Below are positions 1 to 12,900 of a stretch of 64,000 nucleotides of DNA, piece after piece; positions within the stretch are counted from its first letter, which is position 1, and every line of letters begins with the position of its first letter. Below the pieces are notes generated by a model that searched no databases, was not told the origin of the DNA, and was given only the letters and a program-made list of their open reading frames with translations. Source of the DNA: Tubiluchus corallicola (taxonomy: Eukaryota > Animalia > Priapulida); assembly GCA_030141605.1 (NCBI GenBank), contig JAQGDQ010000138.1:124001-188000 (forward strand), written 5' to 3'. Made by a program: the position numbers and the translations under genes.

Positions 1-1062
1 TCAGCATGATACAGCAAAACACATTATAATGTACAATCACCTTTTTTCATAAACAAATCAATTAAAAATGGTGCTAATTTCGAACTCATTAAGAAGCAAA
101 CAAAAAGCCAAAAATGTACAGCATCGGCCTTAGTGCGGTAACAAGAAGAAATCAATCAAAAGTAATCAAGACATCTAAAGGGCTTTAACATAATTCTGTT
201 ATGCCTTCAAGGAAGGGGTTATACGGAAATAATGACGTCACAGCGCAGGAACTGAAAATACGAAAGGAAACCGCAACCAAGCCGCCAGCCAACGAGTTAG
301 CTGTGTTAATGCCAGAACTCCATGTTTCACGATCTGAGAAAATAACCATTGAATTATATATAAAATGGCTTCAGAGTTAATGGGGCATAATGGTGGCAAG
401 GAATAATAGTCTCTGGATACAGCATTCAAGCTGTCCTCTACCGACATACACTGGCACATGTGTCGTGTTTGCGAGTGCTGCTACATTACTGCCAGTTCTT
501 TATCTCAAAAAGGTGAAGAATAGATTAAACGTCAAAGTAGCTACTGCCTGAAGCTAATTTCGGGAATAGATGATTACGACCAGTTAATATACTTTTCACA
601 GCTGTGACTGAAACATTGATATGTTGGGCACCTGCGTTACCAGAATAATTAACAAATGAAATGAATACAATCTTCGCGCACGAACTGAGTAAACAGAATT
701 TAGTAAAAAATGTTTACAGAATTCTGTTGATACGGAACTAGTAAAGAGGCACTATAAGAAAACTGTTCGCATGTTCTAGTGAAAAAAAGTTACATCAAAT
801 TTTACTAGCGGTTCCTCCATTTTATTAGCTGTTCGGTTGGTTCATCCCCACGTGCGTCACTTTTGTGCACTTCTGAGTAAAGGAGGGAACAGAATTTTTA
901 CTAGTGAACGCTTTTGACAATGTCAAAAACTGTTGTAAGATTCTACTCTGCGACAGAAGATGCTTTTTAGTGATGGGCTTTTGCTTCGTATTTGCAAGTA
1001 CAAAATGATTTTCAAAATAATTAAGAATATGTACAACAAGTACGTTTCTGTTTGATATTAAT

Positions 1063-1250
1063 AGTTTAAATGAAATCAGAACTTGTCACTTTTTGACCCG
1101 TGACCCTCGGGTAAAGTACAACATTGAGTTAGTCTTACCAAGACAATCTATTTAATGAGCTACAAGATACTAAAATTGGAGCTTATCAACCAACGTGGGC
1201 GTGATTCATACCACGCAATTCGTCTCTTTGACACCTTTCATTTGATATAC
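1063..1250 (+). mobile_element. Dispersed repeat fragment, with a second copy inverted at about 63170-63370; possibly a Helentron/HINE-type non-autonomous element
   Basis: agtttaaatgaaatcagaacttgtcactttttgacccgtg (1063-1100) aligns with the reverse complement of 63330-63370 (agtttcaagtaatctgaacttgtcactttttctctcgtg). Similarity continues (cattgagttagtcttaccaaga vs caatgaatttgtctcatcaaga). The family assignment is inference. Confidence 0.5.
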
Positions 1251-1777
1251 TATAAGCCACTATTACTCCACAGGGGAAGCATTGGTGTCACGACCAGCGC
1301 CCCCCCCCCCCCGGAATGAATTTGCTTTTTGCGCTCTATCAAAAAGCTTTCCATATTGTGACTCCAGCTTATCGAAAAACAGTCACCACCCACTGTGCGT
1401 GCATGCGTATGTGTGTGCGAGCTATTAACAAAACAAAAGGACCAATAAATAAAAACCATGACGGGGTGTAAACCAAGAAGATTCAGCTGTGAAACAGATC
1501 CTTAATTAGTGTCGTCCGGGCAAGAAATTCGGGTGTGTAAATGAATCAATGATCTGTGATCAGTGAAGCCAGACAACGTGTGTCACTTAAATGACAAGAA
1601 AAGGGGCACCTGAAGAAGGTTTCAGAAAAATTGCCTTAAAAAATTATACTACTTTACAGGAATTTTGATGCACATATCGTATTCGTGTTGAAAGGAATTT
1701 TCGTCTGTTTTCATTTTAAATCTCCCGCAATACTGTTCCGACGGCGCCATTACAAGACGTCACTAAAATACGTAAAT

Positions 1778-2254
1778 CAGGCGAAGAAAAGGCAATGTTA
1801 AATTATGACCCAAAAAACTTTCCGTGCAAATCTATATTACTTAGCACTTACCTGCTGGAAACACTTATGTAACTAGACTAATCATTTAAAATGTTTGTGC
1901 CAGTTGGTAAAATGTCGCTGACTCACACTCCAGGGTGCGTCACTCACTAGCCAAAAACGTATTTTTAATCTTATTGACAAGATACAGTAATTTAAAATTT
2001 TACTTAATTAGCAACATGTATGCTACGAATGCTCTGATTATTTTTTCAAACTTTACTCAATGTTATGAAAACTTATTTCAAACGACCTACCATTAAAATG
2101 GCTGCGCGGGAGTTTAAATTTACACGTTTTATACAGTGTTACGGCCGATGCAAGCCATGCATACGAGCACACGAAAAGGTAGTATGTATGTAAGTGGTAT
2201 AAAATTTCGAGGCGATTTTTTAAGTTTTATGTAAGAGGAGGGTTTCCTTGAGCT
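1778..2254 (+). mobile_element. MITE family A, copy 1 (about 480 bp, TTAA at the right end, Kolobok-like)
   Basis: Colinear similarity to 4350-4851 (tttaaaatgtt.gtgcca.ttgg.aaaa.gtc.ctgactcac; tatgctacgaatgctc.gattattttt; aaaatttc.ag.c.gatttttta). Followed by TTAA at 2255-2258. Confidence 0.75.
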
Positions 2255-4349
2255 TTAAGCTATTGAGAAGAATTGTAATTCCTGTTTATAAGATATTACG
2301 TGATGTGATGTTAAGGTGCTATTCTAACAGACCTTATTATCTAAGGAAAAGCACGGGTTTTCAATAAGAATGTCAATGTTACTGCACAGATTGGGCTTCA
2401 TCAAGCAAAAGGTACAGCGTAAAAATGGTGTCGAAGCTTCTGTAAGTTGCACATAAGTTGCGATCTAATCATTTAGTGTAGTTAAGAATCGTTAAGACAA
2501 CATATAGTTTATAGGGTATTAGATCCGTTTGTTAGATCACATATTACATACATGCTGAACAACAGTTTATAACAATATCAAAACTTGAAAAAACAATCAT
2601 GTTATTTTCACCAATTTCTTATTTGTAAGTGAATAGCATTAACAAGCTAATTCTTGTTTGCACAGGAAAAACTGCATGTTCTGAAATTCGATGATTCAAT
2701 CAGACTTCACGAAAACGTATCATATTAAAAGCAGATTTCAGTTTTGCTTATAGGAGCAAGAAAGGCGCCAGCATAATATGAAAATCAGTGATACATGCCC
2801 TCATGCATTACTATAATACATTCATTATATGCTGAAATAAGTCACGAAAGCGTCATATTTATTTTTAATAAATAATAACCTATTTTTAATTTAAAGCTAC
2901 AGCCTACAGTTTAGATAGTAAAATTGCCCAGGACTTATTCATATCAACGTTTACTCACAAACTGATTTAAAGATGGAATGAATCAACAATTTTTTTAAAT
3001 CATACTTGAATGAAAGAAGGGTATTAAAATGCGACTAAAACTGGATTTGAACAAAGGGCAAGGCTTTGCATTAACAAAAATTTCTCACATTTCCGTTCTT
3101 TCAATCAAGTAAAACTTAGTTTCGGAAATTCAATTGTAGATTCAGTCCACCACTATCTACTAATTTAATTTTGGCAATTACCTGGTCCTGGTAACATTTA
3201 GCCTTTCAACCTATTGCCTAGAGCCTCTCATTTTAACATGATATATTTAAAGCAAGTAAACAGCCACGCACACGACAAGACAATACTTAGGCGCAGCTCT
3301 GGGGAGACTCCTGAAATTATTGTAATTATCTGAATGCACGGGTATTATGAGCATAACCAATAAACTATCCCTAATGCGTAATAATGCAGAGAAGCAGCAC
3401 TTCGAGAACCGTTTCGAAATCAGCAAAAAAATATTCTAAATATGCACAGAAAGGCAATAAAACGGAAAAAATCATTATAACACTAGAGACTTCGTCTAGT
3501 TTTCTCTTTTTTGGTTCTGACGCTTGAAAAAAGGAAAACAACGAAAAAATAAAGGAATAAAAGGAAAAGGAAATTCTGCATTTTGTTTCATTAGTGAATA
3601 GATGAAGGCAACTAAGTTGTCATTAGATGTGGAAAAGACCAAATTTATGCTCTCATAATCAAAGCAGCAGCACCGTTTGCTGTGTGAGTGTAGGCGGCGC
3701 TGCACTGTTGTGTCGCCCCAGTGTTTACTTTACGTCTACGTGGCTAGCAGTTTTGTGACAGCTATTACCTCAACATTTTAACGTTACTTTAACGGCCGTT
3801 TCGTTTTATCGAGCGTATCTGCTTGTTGTTTATCTATCGATGATTAATTTGCACCTTAATTGATTGAAATTAACTTTACTTCGTTTTAGCATGGAATATC
3901 CCTGTTAGCGGATATTACTCGTTTTAATTCCAGATCATCATTTAGGCTCACAAATGATGTAATTCCTTGAACCGCGCCACCTATCAGCTTCGAACATAAT
4001 TTGTGAACAAAATGTCCCTGCCTGTCGAAAACAGTGTACAATTATAAAAAAATAGGAGAATGTTAAAACAGCATAGTACTACATCAGTTTTAATACCCAA
4101 GTCTGACTTCGAAATGACCAAATATGTTTCGTCACTCGCATCCCACTTGGAAATAACTAAAATTTAATAAGTTCTAACATGAAGTGGAGATCACAGTTTA
4201 CAGTTTACATGGCTGAAATTTCATTTTGTTTTTGTTGTAAGATGAAAACTTGATGAATGGCTTAGTTGCAGTTGAGTAGAACCACTAAAAGGTTTATTTA
4301 AAACTCTTGAATGACACATATGGGCACTGAGCAGTTCAAATGGCGTTAA

Positions 4350-4851
4350 AGTGGAAGAAAAGACAATTTTAAAGTTTGTCACAAAAAACTTTCCACACAA
4401 TATTATATTACAAATATTCACACTTACTTGCTTGAAAAACTTACGTAGCTAGAAAAGAAAAATCTAAGTAATTTAAAATGTTCGTGCCATTTGGCAAAAC
4501 GTCACTGACTCACCTTCCCAGCATGCACCACTGGCTCATCAAAAAACATGTTATTAATCTTACCGACAAGATAAAGTAATTTATATTTTTGCTTAGTTAA
4601 TGAATTGTATGCTACGAATGCTCCGATTATTTTTCTAAAACTGTACGCAATGTTATCTAAACTTGTTTTGAAATGACTTTCCTAAAGTCAAATTGACTGC
4701 GCCTAACGGCCATTGTGTGAGTTTAAATTCTTAAGTTTTATACATCGTTACTGTTAATATAAGCTCTGTAAGGAATAGAACAGTATGTAGGTGACACAAA
4801 ATTTCAAGACGGATTTTTTAACTTTATGAAAGTAAAAGGTTTTCTTATCCT
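4350..4851 (+). mobile_element. MITE family A, copy 2 (best preserved): TTAA flanks and imperfect TIRs starting with AG, Kolobok-like
   Basis: Left end TTAA|AGTGGAAGAAAAGAC and right end GGTTTTCTTATCCT|TTAA form imperfect inverted termini. Five related copies occur in this window. Confidence 0.75.
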
Positions 4852-4871
4852 TTAAATGGTGCCTGAGAATA

Positions 4872-5124
4872 CCAAGTGGGACGCTCTTACTGGCTCGACA
4901 TCCCAGTGTACTGCGGTGCTGCGTACCATTTCACATTGTTCCCCTCACCATGTACTGTGATGCCACGTACCACCTCGCCCTGTACTGAGAAGCAATGTAT
5001 CACGAGGCGGTATACAGCAAGGTAATACATAGTGAGGCTATACATGGCACGGCGGTACACTGCGAGGCAGTGCAAGGTGAGGTGGCGCACGGGTATGACG
5101 AGCAAGCGCGAACATCCCACGTAG
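4872..5124. mobile_element. Palindromic/foldback MITE flanked by TA, with roughly 15-bp internal repeats
   Basis: Left arm ccaagtgggacgctcttactggctcgacatcccagtgtac matches the reverse complement of the right arm (ctacgtgggatgttcgcgcttgctcgtcatacccgtgcgc). TA lies on both sides. Internal units resemble gtaccacctcgccct / cgaggcggtatac. Confidence 0.65.
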
Positions 5125-7239
5125 TATCAAAATTGATAATAATTGTGACTACACGCGAACTTCATCTATTTCACGCTTTAAGTTTATCAGTTTCTAAAAT
5201 CTCACGTTCTATTAGAATCATGAATAAACTCAAGCACTTCTCTTCACTCATCAATTCAATAGCATACTGTCCTCAAGAGTTCCTCACTTATGCCACGCCA
5301 CGCCATGCCACGAATTAATTTTTAGGTACTGAATTTGGGTCAAAGAAAAGTGTAGACCACTACAACGATTGCCAGTTTAAATCCCACCTCCAATCTTGCA
5401 TTCTACTTAACTTAGAGTTTATCAAAACATATTTATCTATGTTATTGTTTGTGGGACACCAAGAATACTACGTTCGTAGCTCACTAAGACTATAGTCACT
5501 AGGGCGCGGCGCATAATACGTCAACTTTCAAACAGCTAGGTACATACGAAAATTGTATAAGATGTTATAAGCTGGTTCACAAACTGGCTTTGCAATAAGT
5601 GAAATTCTATACTAGTTGAGACAAGTTTTCTTCAGAGATTGTCAGTGTTTTGAAGGGTCGTGTGAACTAGCTATTGTCAATCTTTTCCATCTTCTCCTGC
5701 CTTAACACGTTTACCGTTTTCTAAGGTAGCTTTGACGAAATGGAGCAATGTTGTCTTAAGAAAATTCCCTCTGTCAAATACTATATGTATTACTAGTCTG
5801 CGGCTTAATTATGCAATTTGTTTTTAAATATTGTTTTTCCTGACAAAATCAGGAAAATTTTCAGATTTGAGAAAATCCATATGACGAATGCATTGAAAAA
5901 GTTAACAACTATCTTTCATTTGGCCCATGCAAAATTAGCCTAATTAAAATGAGAATTTCTAAACCCGGGTAAAATATTTGTTGTTATAACAGGCGTATGT
6001 AGTTGATATGACAAAATAGCGAGTTTTAGCAGTCGACATTCAACGAATAATTTTAATTTTTCATAGTCGTTTAATAGAAACTGTAACTCTATCACAATTA
6101 TTCAATGTTCCTCGGTATTTTTTTAATAAAATTGGAGTTGATAATATGAAATATGCAGTAGCACTGCTTCCGCGAAAAGAGCTACCGTAAAGTTGCTAAG
6201 TGAAAATTAAAAGAAACACTTATTAGAAATTTTGCAGCACTTTGCTACCGTCATTTCGGTGGAAATCATCCGATAAGAATCGTAAATCTGCCACGCCTTA
6301 ACCATCTATTTGGTCTATAGCAACGTAAACCATACGCGAGATAACCACAATTTACAAGGTTTACAATTTAGTTTGCAGATTTCAGAAATAATAATGAAAA
6401 GAAATGTAATTTTTGACAATGATAAACTAGCGCTATCGTACGTAAGGTTCGTGTTTATTCTGTCAGAGGTTCCTCAATATGTAACTGGCCAAAAACAGGC
6501 TGTGCTAGCCATATTTTACTTGTATGTAAATGTTTAATGTCAGAGACGCATCTCAGGGCAAACTTCATTTATCAATCTTGGTTTCATCAACAGAGCAAAC
6601 CTCCGGGCATTACCACCACTTGTGCTCAGTACCGATAATATACGATAATAAGATATGGTTAAAATCTCCTGGATCTCCTGGTCCAAGCTAAACCCAGTTC
6701 TGAAAACCATTACTTCGTCAATTTGGAAAATTGGGGCTGTCTGGAATAGATAATAGGGAGGGCGGGGGGGGGGGGGTTAAGCCAAAAAATATGACTTCAA
6801 TAGGAAATGTGGAACATATACTGTTAAAACTGCAAGTGGTATACAACATGTGATAGCTCTCACTAAGCAAAGTTGACAGATTCGAGGGCCATCTGGCTGG
6901 CCCAAAAAACTTTCGTGAAGGTAGAAACAGACCGTAGGTACTCATTCTAGTCCTGGTCAGACTGACATTTTGAACAATTCTAGTTAACCTAATAATGATA
7001 CATTTCTACCAAATCTACTATCACTAAGTTTACCAAAAAAAAATTCAAATTCAGTCGTTACAAATATAACACTGTAACTGGAAATATTTTCCTAATTCTT
7101 ATTCTCAAATCTATTGGCTATTACATTCACATTTATTATGCTAATACTACCATTACACATATTGGTACTGCAGTATTGCTACAATCGTATTTGCATAATC
7201 ACGAAATGAAACAATTCTACAGAAATTTTTGAAATGTTA

Positions 7240-7500
<261 letters not shown>

Positions 7501-8084
7501 AGTATTGGGCCAGTTAGTAAACTACTTGGAAAGTGTATGTATTATTGATTATTAGTAAGTGAAGGTAGCTTTAGTCATCACACCACTAAATAATAACAGG
7601 TTAAAAAGAACTGATGGCAGAAGATGTGGCATCTGACTTTTTTAAATTGATTTTTTTACATTAAAAACGACAAATCAATGTCACCCAAGCATGGACATTG
7701 TGCAAAATTCATTGAAACATTCTCAAACATTATATGAAAATGGATGGCACATACGTCCCTACAAAAATAGTGTAACATATTTTTAATAAGCAGAAACAGA
7801 ATGAAGAAAGTAATGTCCACAATTATTTCAGTGGTTACAGTTAAGTTGAGCGAAATCTACTAAATGTATTATTCACCACAGTAACTGACGTAGATTTCAC
7901 ATAATTTGAGGTCAAGACGTATTAAATACTGACCTGTAACAGGTGACCTAAGGTTGGATCATTTAAATGTCACAAGGAGCAAAAAACTCATTGTGAAATA
8001 ACTCTTGATAGATAGTCGCCAAGATTTCTAATGCTGTTTAATAAAACCAGTTTCATCAAAATAATAATTACCACACATTTTGTG

Positions 8085-8585
8085 CAAGACCACTTGGGCT
8101 GTGATCATTTGGGCAGTGAATAGTTGAACAGTGGACACTTGGACAGTGGGCAAGGGGCATTTAGACAGTAGACATTTTGGCAGTGGACAGTTGGGCAATA
8201 GGCAGTTAAATTAGTAGGCACTTGGACAGTGGGCATTGAATAGAACAGGACAAGGAGGAAAAGACACGACAGAGCATGACAGGGCAGAATAGAATGGAAC
8301 GGGACAGAACAGAATATACAGGTGAGCAGAAAGAGATTAATAAATAGGTAGGTAGATAGGTGAGCGGTTAGATAGGAACCATTATCGGTATACATTAAAG
8401 TAGGTAAACACCAACGAGGTATTACATAACACTGACAGTATTCCCAGAAAAGCATTCTGCAGCACTTGTGCTGCTTACACATCTTTAAAGTATCCACAAC
8501 CCAAGTGTACACAAGTTGGCCACTACCCAAATGACCAATGCCCAAGAGACCATTACCCAAGTGTCCGCTGCCCAAGCAACTGAGA
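8085..8585. mobile_element. Foldback-type element with inverted arrays of a roughly 15-bp unit (ttgggcagtggacac)
   Basis: The left part repeats ttgggcagtgg/ttggacagtgg. The right part repeats the reverse complement (cccaagtgtcc, cccaaatgacc, cccaagagacc). The middle is low complexity (acaga, aggt). This explains the spurious 156-aa ORF. Confidence 0.65.
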
Positions 8586-9539
8586 TTGTGCGCAAATTAG
8601 TTGCCTAACAATTACAAAATTTATATTACTGGCAACTTTTGACAAATCGGAATTTGTGTTCACTACCAAGTTGACTAGACTGGCTATCTATTACTGTATC
8701 ATAATCTCATTCCAAAGTTATCTTCGTGGGCATAATCAATTTTACGACACACATAAAACAAGCATAGCGTAAAACGCACACGACGGCCACTTTACAACCT
8801 TTTGTTTGCGCGCGCTGTTATTGCGTACACAAGAGAGTAATTCGTTTCATTATTACCCTTTAAATTTTTAACAAAACACGCTTAATGTACGCCGTTAGCA
8901 TTTTCCTGAACCAGTCTTCCGAGATGAGGATCTCAAGGACAAATCAAACGCTGTTTCAAAAAATTTCAGTCAATAAGACATGCATGTAATTGGTATTGGA
9001 ACTAAAGTGGACTGCTTCTAGTGCGTGCATAAGCAGAAAATGTTATGTATAAAGATTCATAACGAACCATAACTAGTAGTAGCAAATGGCCTTGGCCCTT
9101 GTCGTAGCATTAGCTTCAACACTCGTTAGTCTATTATTAAGTTCACTTCTGAATGAAACTCATATCTTGCTGACTTGTACTCATTATTCATTTAATAACT
9201 TTTTGCATATAAAAATTTACACCCATTTAATTCTACTATCTTACATCATTTTACTTTCCCTTGCCTTACTTTACCTTACCTTATCTCACCTTACACAGCA
9301 ATTACACTTGAGAAAAATGCGCGAACAGCTTGAATGAACGAATTACTGAAATTTAATGGTTACACCAATAAATGGCATAATGGTTACACTAAAAAGAAAT
9401 TGAACTATCAATAACATTTCTGAATTTCAGAAACATCACTCTTCACTCTGCAGTGTCAACGATCTGACGCTCAAGACGGTAAACCAATAGGCATACCTTA
9501 GTAGGCTCACTTTAAAAAAACCAAAGTAGTTTACAGTAA

Positions 9540-9930
9540 TCTTCGCCTTTGACCTCTAGCCTGTAATTATTGTCTAACGCACGTCAAATTACAGTGACCT
9601 CATATTCATATTCATGGCAGGTATAAACGATCTGATGATAATACCAAATTTGTGACATTTCCAACTGTGACTTTTGATATCCACGTTCATGCCACGAACA
9701 AAAGATCAATAGCTTCGCAATCACCAAGTATTTTGAAAGCCTACACCAGATAACTTGACAAACAATAATAAATTTGACCTTTGATAGACAAATGATAAAA
9801 ACATGAAGTTGACTTTTGACATTTTGCTGTTCAGCTTGTAACATCAGCATCAGTCATTTTTCAGATATAAACGCAGACGAACTACACAGACGTGCAAACA
9901 GAATCAACAGCTGTACGAAGATCATATGCA
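9540..9930 (+). mobile_element. Possible Helentron/HINE-like non-autonomous element remnant
   Basis: Recurrent tttgacct/tgacttttgac motifs are followed by a degenerate ACAG-type microsatellite (cagacgaactacacagacgtgcaaacaga), a layout typical of invertebrate HINEs. Termini were not resolved. Confidence 0.35.
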
Positions 9931-12900
9931 AATTTGACTTGTCACAGTGCTGGGCAATATTTATCAATCAGACGACGAAAAACACTTCAGAAACTCAGAA
10001 GTTAGAAATGACTTTACCCTATAAAAGATTCTGAATTTGAAAGCTAAAAGTAAAACACAGGACTTTACAAAAGCCTGAAGATTTATAGATAAAACGCTAA
10101 CTATTCTTCAGGGTGGACGCACTAGCTCTATTCTGTATTGAGCTCCATGGGGACATATTGCAAAGGAAAACCAAAGCAGGCTCATACTAAAATGAAATGT
10201 CAAAATGGTATTCTTCCGCAAGAAGATGGTCAGTGAACAATGACAAGTTCAACATAATAAGTTACTTAGAGTGTGACTCTCACGAGAAATAATGTAATGA
10301 AATCATGGTGCTCATAAATAACTAAATTTTAGTAGCAAAAGAAATGGTTCAGAACAGCCAACTAAGTAAACCTATATAAATTATTTGAACACAGTGTAAG
10401 TTATCTAAAGGACTTTTAGATTGTGACTTTGGTATTTTTAACTGAATCTCTCTGAAAAAACTGGCTAGTGACAACACTATACAGTGACAATACCAATTTG
10501 CACCTAACAGGAAAAAGCAGGCATAGAGTTCTTGCTGAAGATCGACTCTCAGCCAGAAGCATAACACTGGAGTAGTACTACGATGTTACACACAGAATGA
10601 GTGGGTCGGACTCGAATAAAGCAATGTGAAGTCTTCAAAATCCTTAGAACCAGTAATAGCGGGCTTCTATTTTGTACCCTAAATTATTCGCAAAAAAGAA
10701 ATCATTCAACGAAGCAGTCATCCAAATGAGCAAACTTTCAAATTCTACGTTGTAAATCCACTCTAAACAAGTGTTTTTCTTTTCTGAAAGAAAGGCTTTT
10801 ACGTCATCTCGCGCGCCCTTGCACAGCAGTTTCAATTTTTACAAGAGGCAAACCATAAAGTGCCGCGTTGAAAAGGACTTCAGCATCAATAATGTAGCAC
10901 ACAATGCCACTCAGAAAAATGATTCCCAGTACTTCTATTGTGTCACAATAAATTTTCGATTCACACTGCAATTTTATTGTAGAGCATTAACCGCTGAGCT
11001 TCACAAACAATGTAGATGTTCAGATTAACGATGTACGGGATGCATACATATACTACGCTACCTTTTAGAAATCATTAAGTATCTTAAAAAGTTATTTGTC
11101 ATTGAAGTCAGAACCAGTGGTAATAGAAGTAAGAAAAAGATGAAAGAATAAGAAAGATGAAAAGAAAACAAAACGTTTTGGCGGAAAGGGGAAATTTAAA
11201 TTTAATTGAGGATTCTATTAATATTTGGAACTTACATAAGACATGCACAATTACCACATAAACTACTCAGTATATGCGTTCAACCCACATGTAAATCAGC
11301 CTTCAGTATACCATGATGCTAACTGCTTGAATTTGCCCGCATCCGCACCTTTCGTTGGTTACTGATATCCCGTCGGTTGAAGGTAGAAACGGGAAGCTAG
11401 CGAGGATTCTGCGTGGGAAAATGAAGCGTGGCTATGGACTCCATATTCAAGACGAAAAATCATATCTTTTTTTCGTGCCCTCTGCTGCTACGAAAATAGA
11501 AATGTATTCGACAGCCCTGTAAATCCATGAAATTTAACATGGACTATTATTACTCTATGTAAAATTTTATTGTCAATAAACGATATATTATATATATCTT
11601 CGCGTATAAAATATATACCTCCTTGCAGCAATGACATTCATATACTTTCCCCAATTATATTCTACAAGTACTGGTCAAGCTGTGAGGTGAAACGGTTCCC
11701 GATCGAAACTGCTTTTAGACTTCCAGGTGACAGAAAACCCAGGTAATTAGTTACGCCTGATTTTCCCACACAATATCGACTTTAGTAAAGGTAGCGGTCA
11801 AAACCTAGCATCTGTTTTTGAAGTTGCTCACCAGTAATCAACACATTTGAAAAACGAACGTCAACGGTTACGTGCATTGGCAGCACAACAGTAAATAGGG
11901 ATGGCTGAGAAGCATAAAGAAGCCACTTTGCGACATTCTGGAAGTAAGTGTTCGGAACTCTAAGATAAGATAAAATTAATTTAAAGTCAATCATTTACAT
12001 GGCCTCTTAGCTCTTTATCGACTATATTATAATGAGTTACTGTTTAATCTAAAACTTGTCGTCAAGCCTAAAGCCTAAGCTAGTCTAAAATTACATACAG
12101 ACAGTAGAAACTACATTCTTTACAAGAGAAAAAATAAATACAAAATTATTACTTTAGCACGGTATTTACATTACACGATTTCATCCTATCACCTAAACTA
12201 ATTAATAACAAAAATTATATACAATAAAAGTGTTTAAAAATTTTGATTAAGCTTTATAAAATGAAAATAAAATACACAATAATTGTACGAGAACTAGAAT
12301 ACGCTTGTAAATTTACTATACTATTCATATAATCCGTAATTTAAGATGTAGTTGCCAAGTTAATTTAATATACAAACTAACTTAATGTTCAAGCATAAGA
12401 CTGGTTAAAACAGAATTTTACATTTACTTGTAACGTTAACTGTTTAATACCGAAGCTCCTCGACTGCTTGGAAAAAGCGAAAATTCTTCTGACATCAAAT
12501 AGGCCCATCCATTTTTAGGTTTTCACTACGTTTTGTACACTGTGATTAATGTGTTCATGATTGCTCTAAAAATCTGTTCTCTGCCACTGTAAAACTCGCA
12601 ATAATCTCTGGTCTACATCATCTACCAAAACATTAAGGTCCTCTGTCAAGGCCTACGGTTTACTAAAGTTCATGTTTTTGCTTAAAAGTTCCTGTGAGTA
12701 CAAACTTTCATGAGTTTCTCTGCCCATCGGTAATTTGTTTGGCCTGCTGTATAAACAGGTTACTAACATCCACTTGATAGACTTAGCACTGGGCTACAAC
12801 GGCTTATAAACAAGAACATTTCCATTGCGCCCCAACATTTTAATTTGCTGAAAATCCCTAGTCATCCAGTGGGGACACTTTGCAAACTACCCGAATCTCA

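Noticed and set aside
4887-5318. 77-aa and 107-aa ORFs with apparent pentapeptide repeats
   Set aside because: They arise from the 15-bp periodic foldback element and show no splice or family evidence.
8105-8575. 156-aa ORF, the longest in the window
   Set aside because: It coincides with low-complexity and foldback repeats.
9584-9850. ORF ending in EYEVT, resembling GRK exon 4 (AEYEVT)
   Set aside because: It lies upstream of exon 3 in transcription order, is followed by a stop and sits in a repeat; the match is coincidental.
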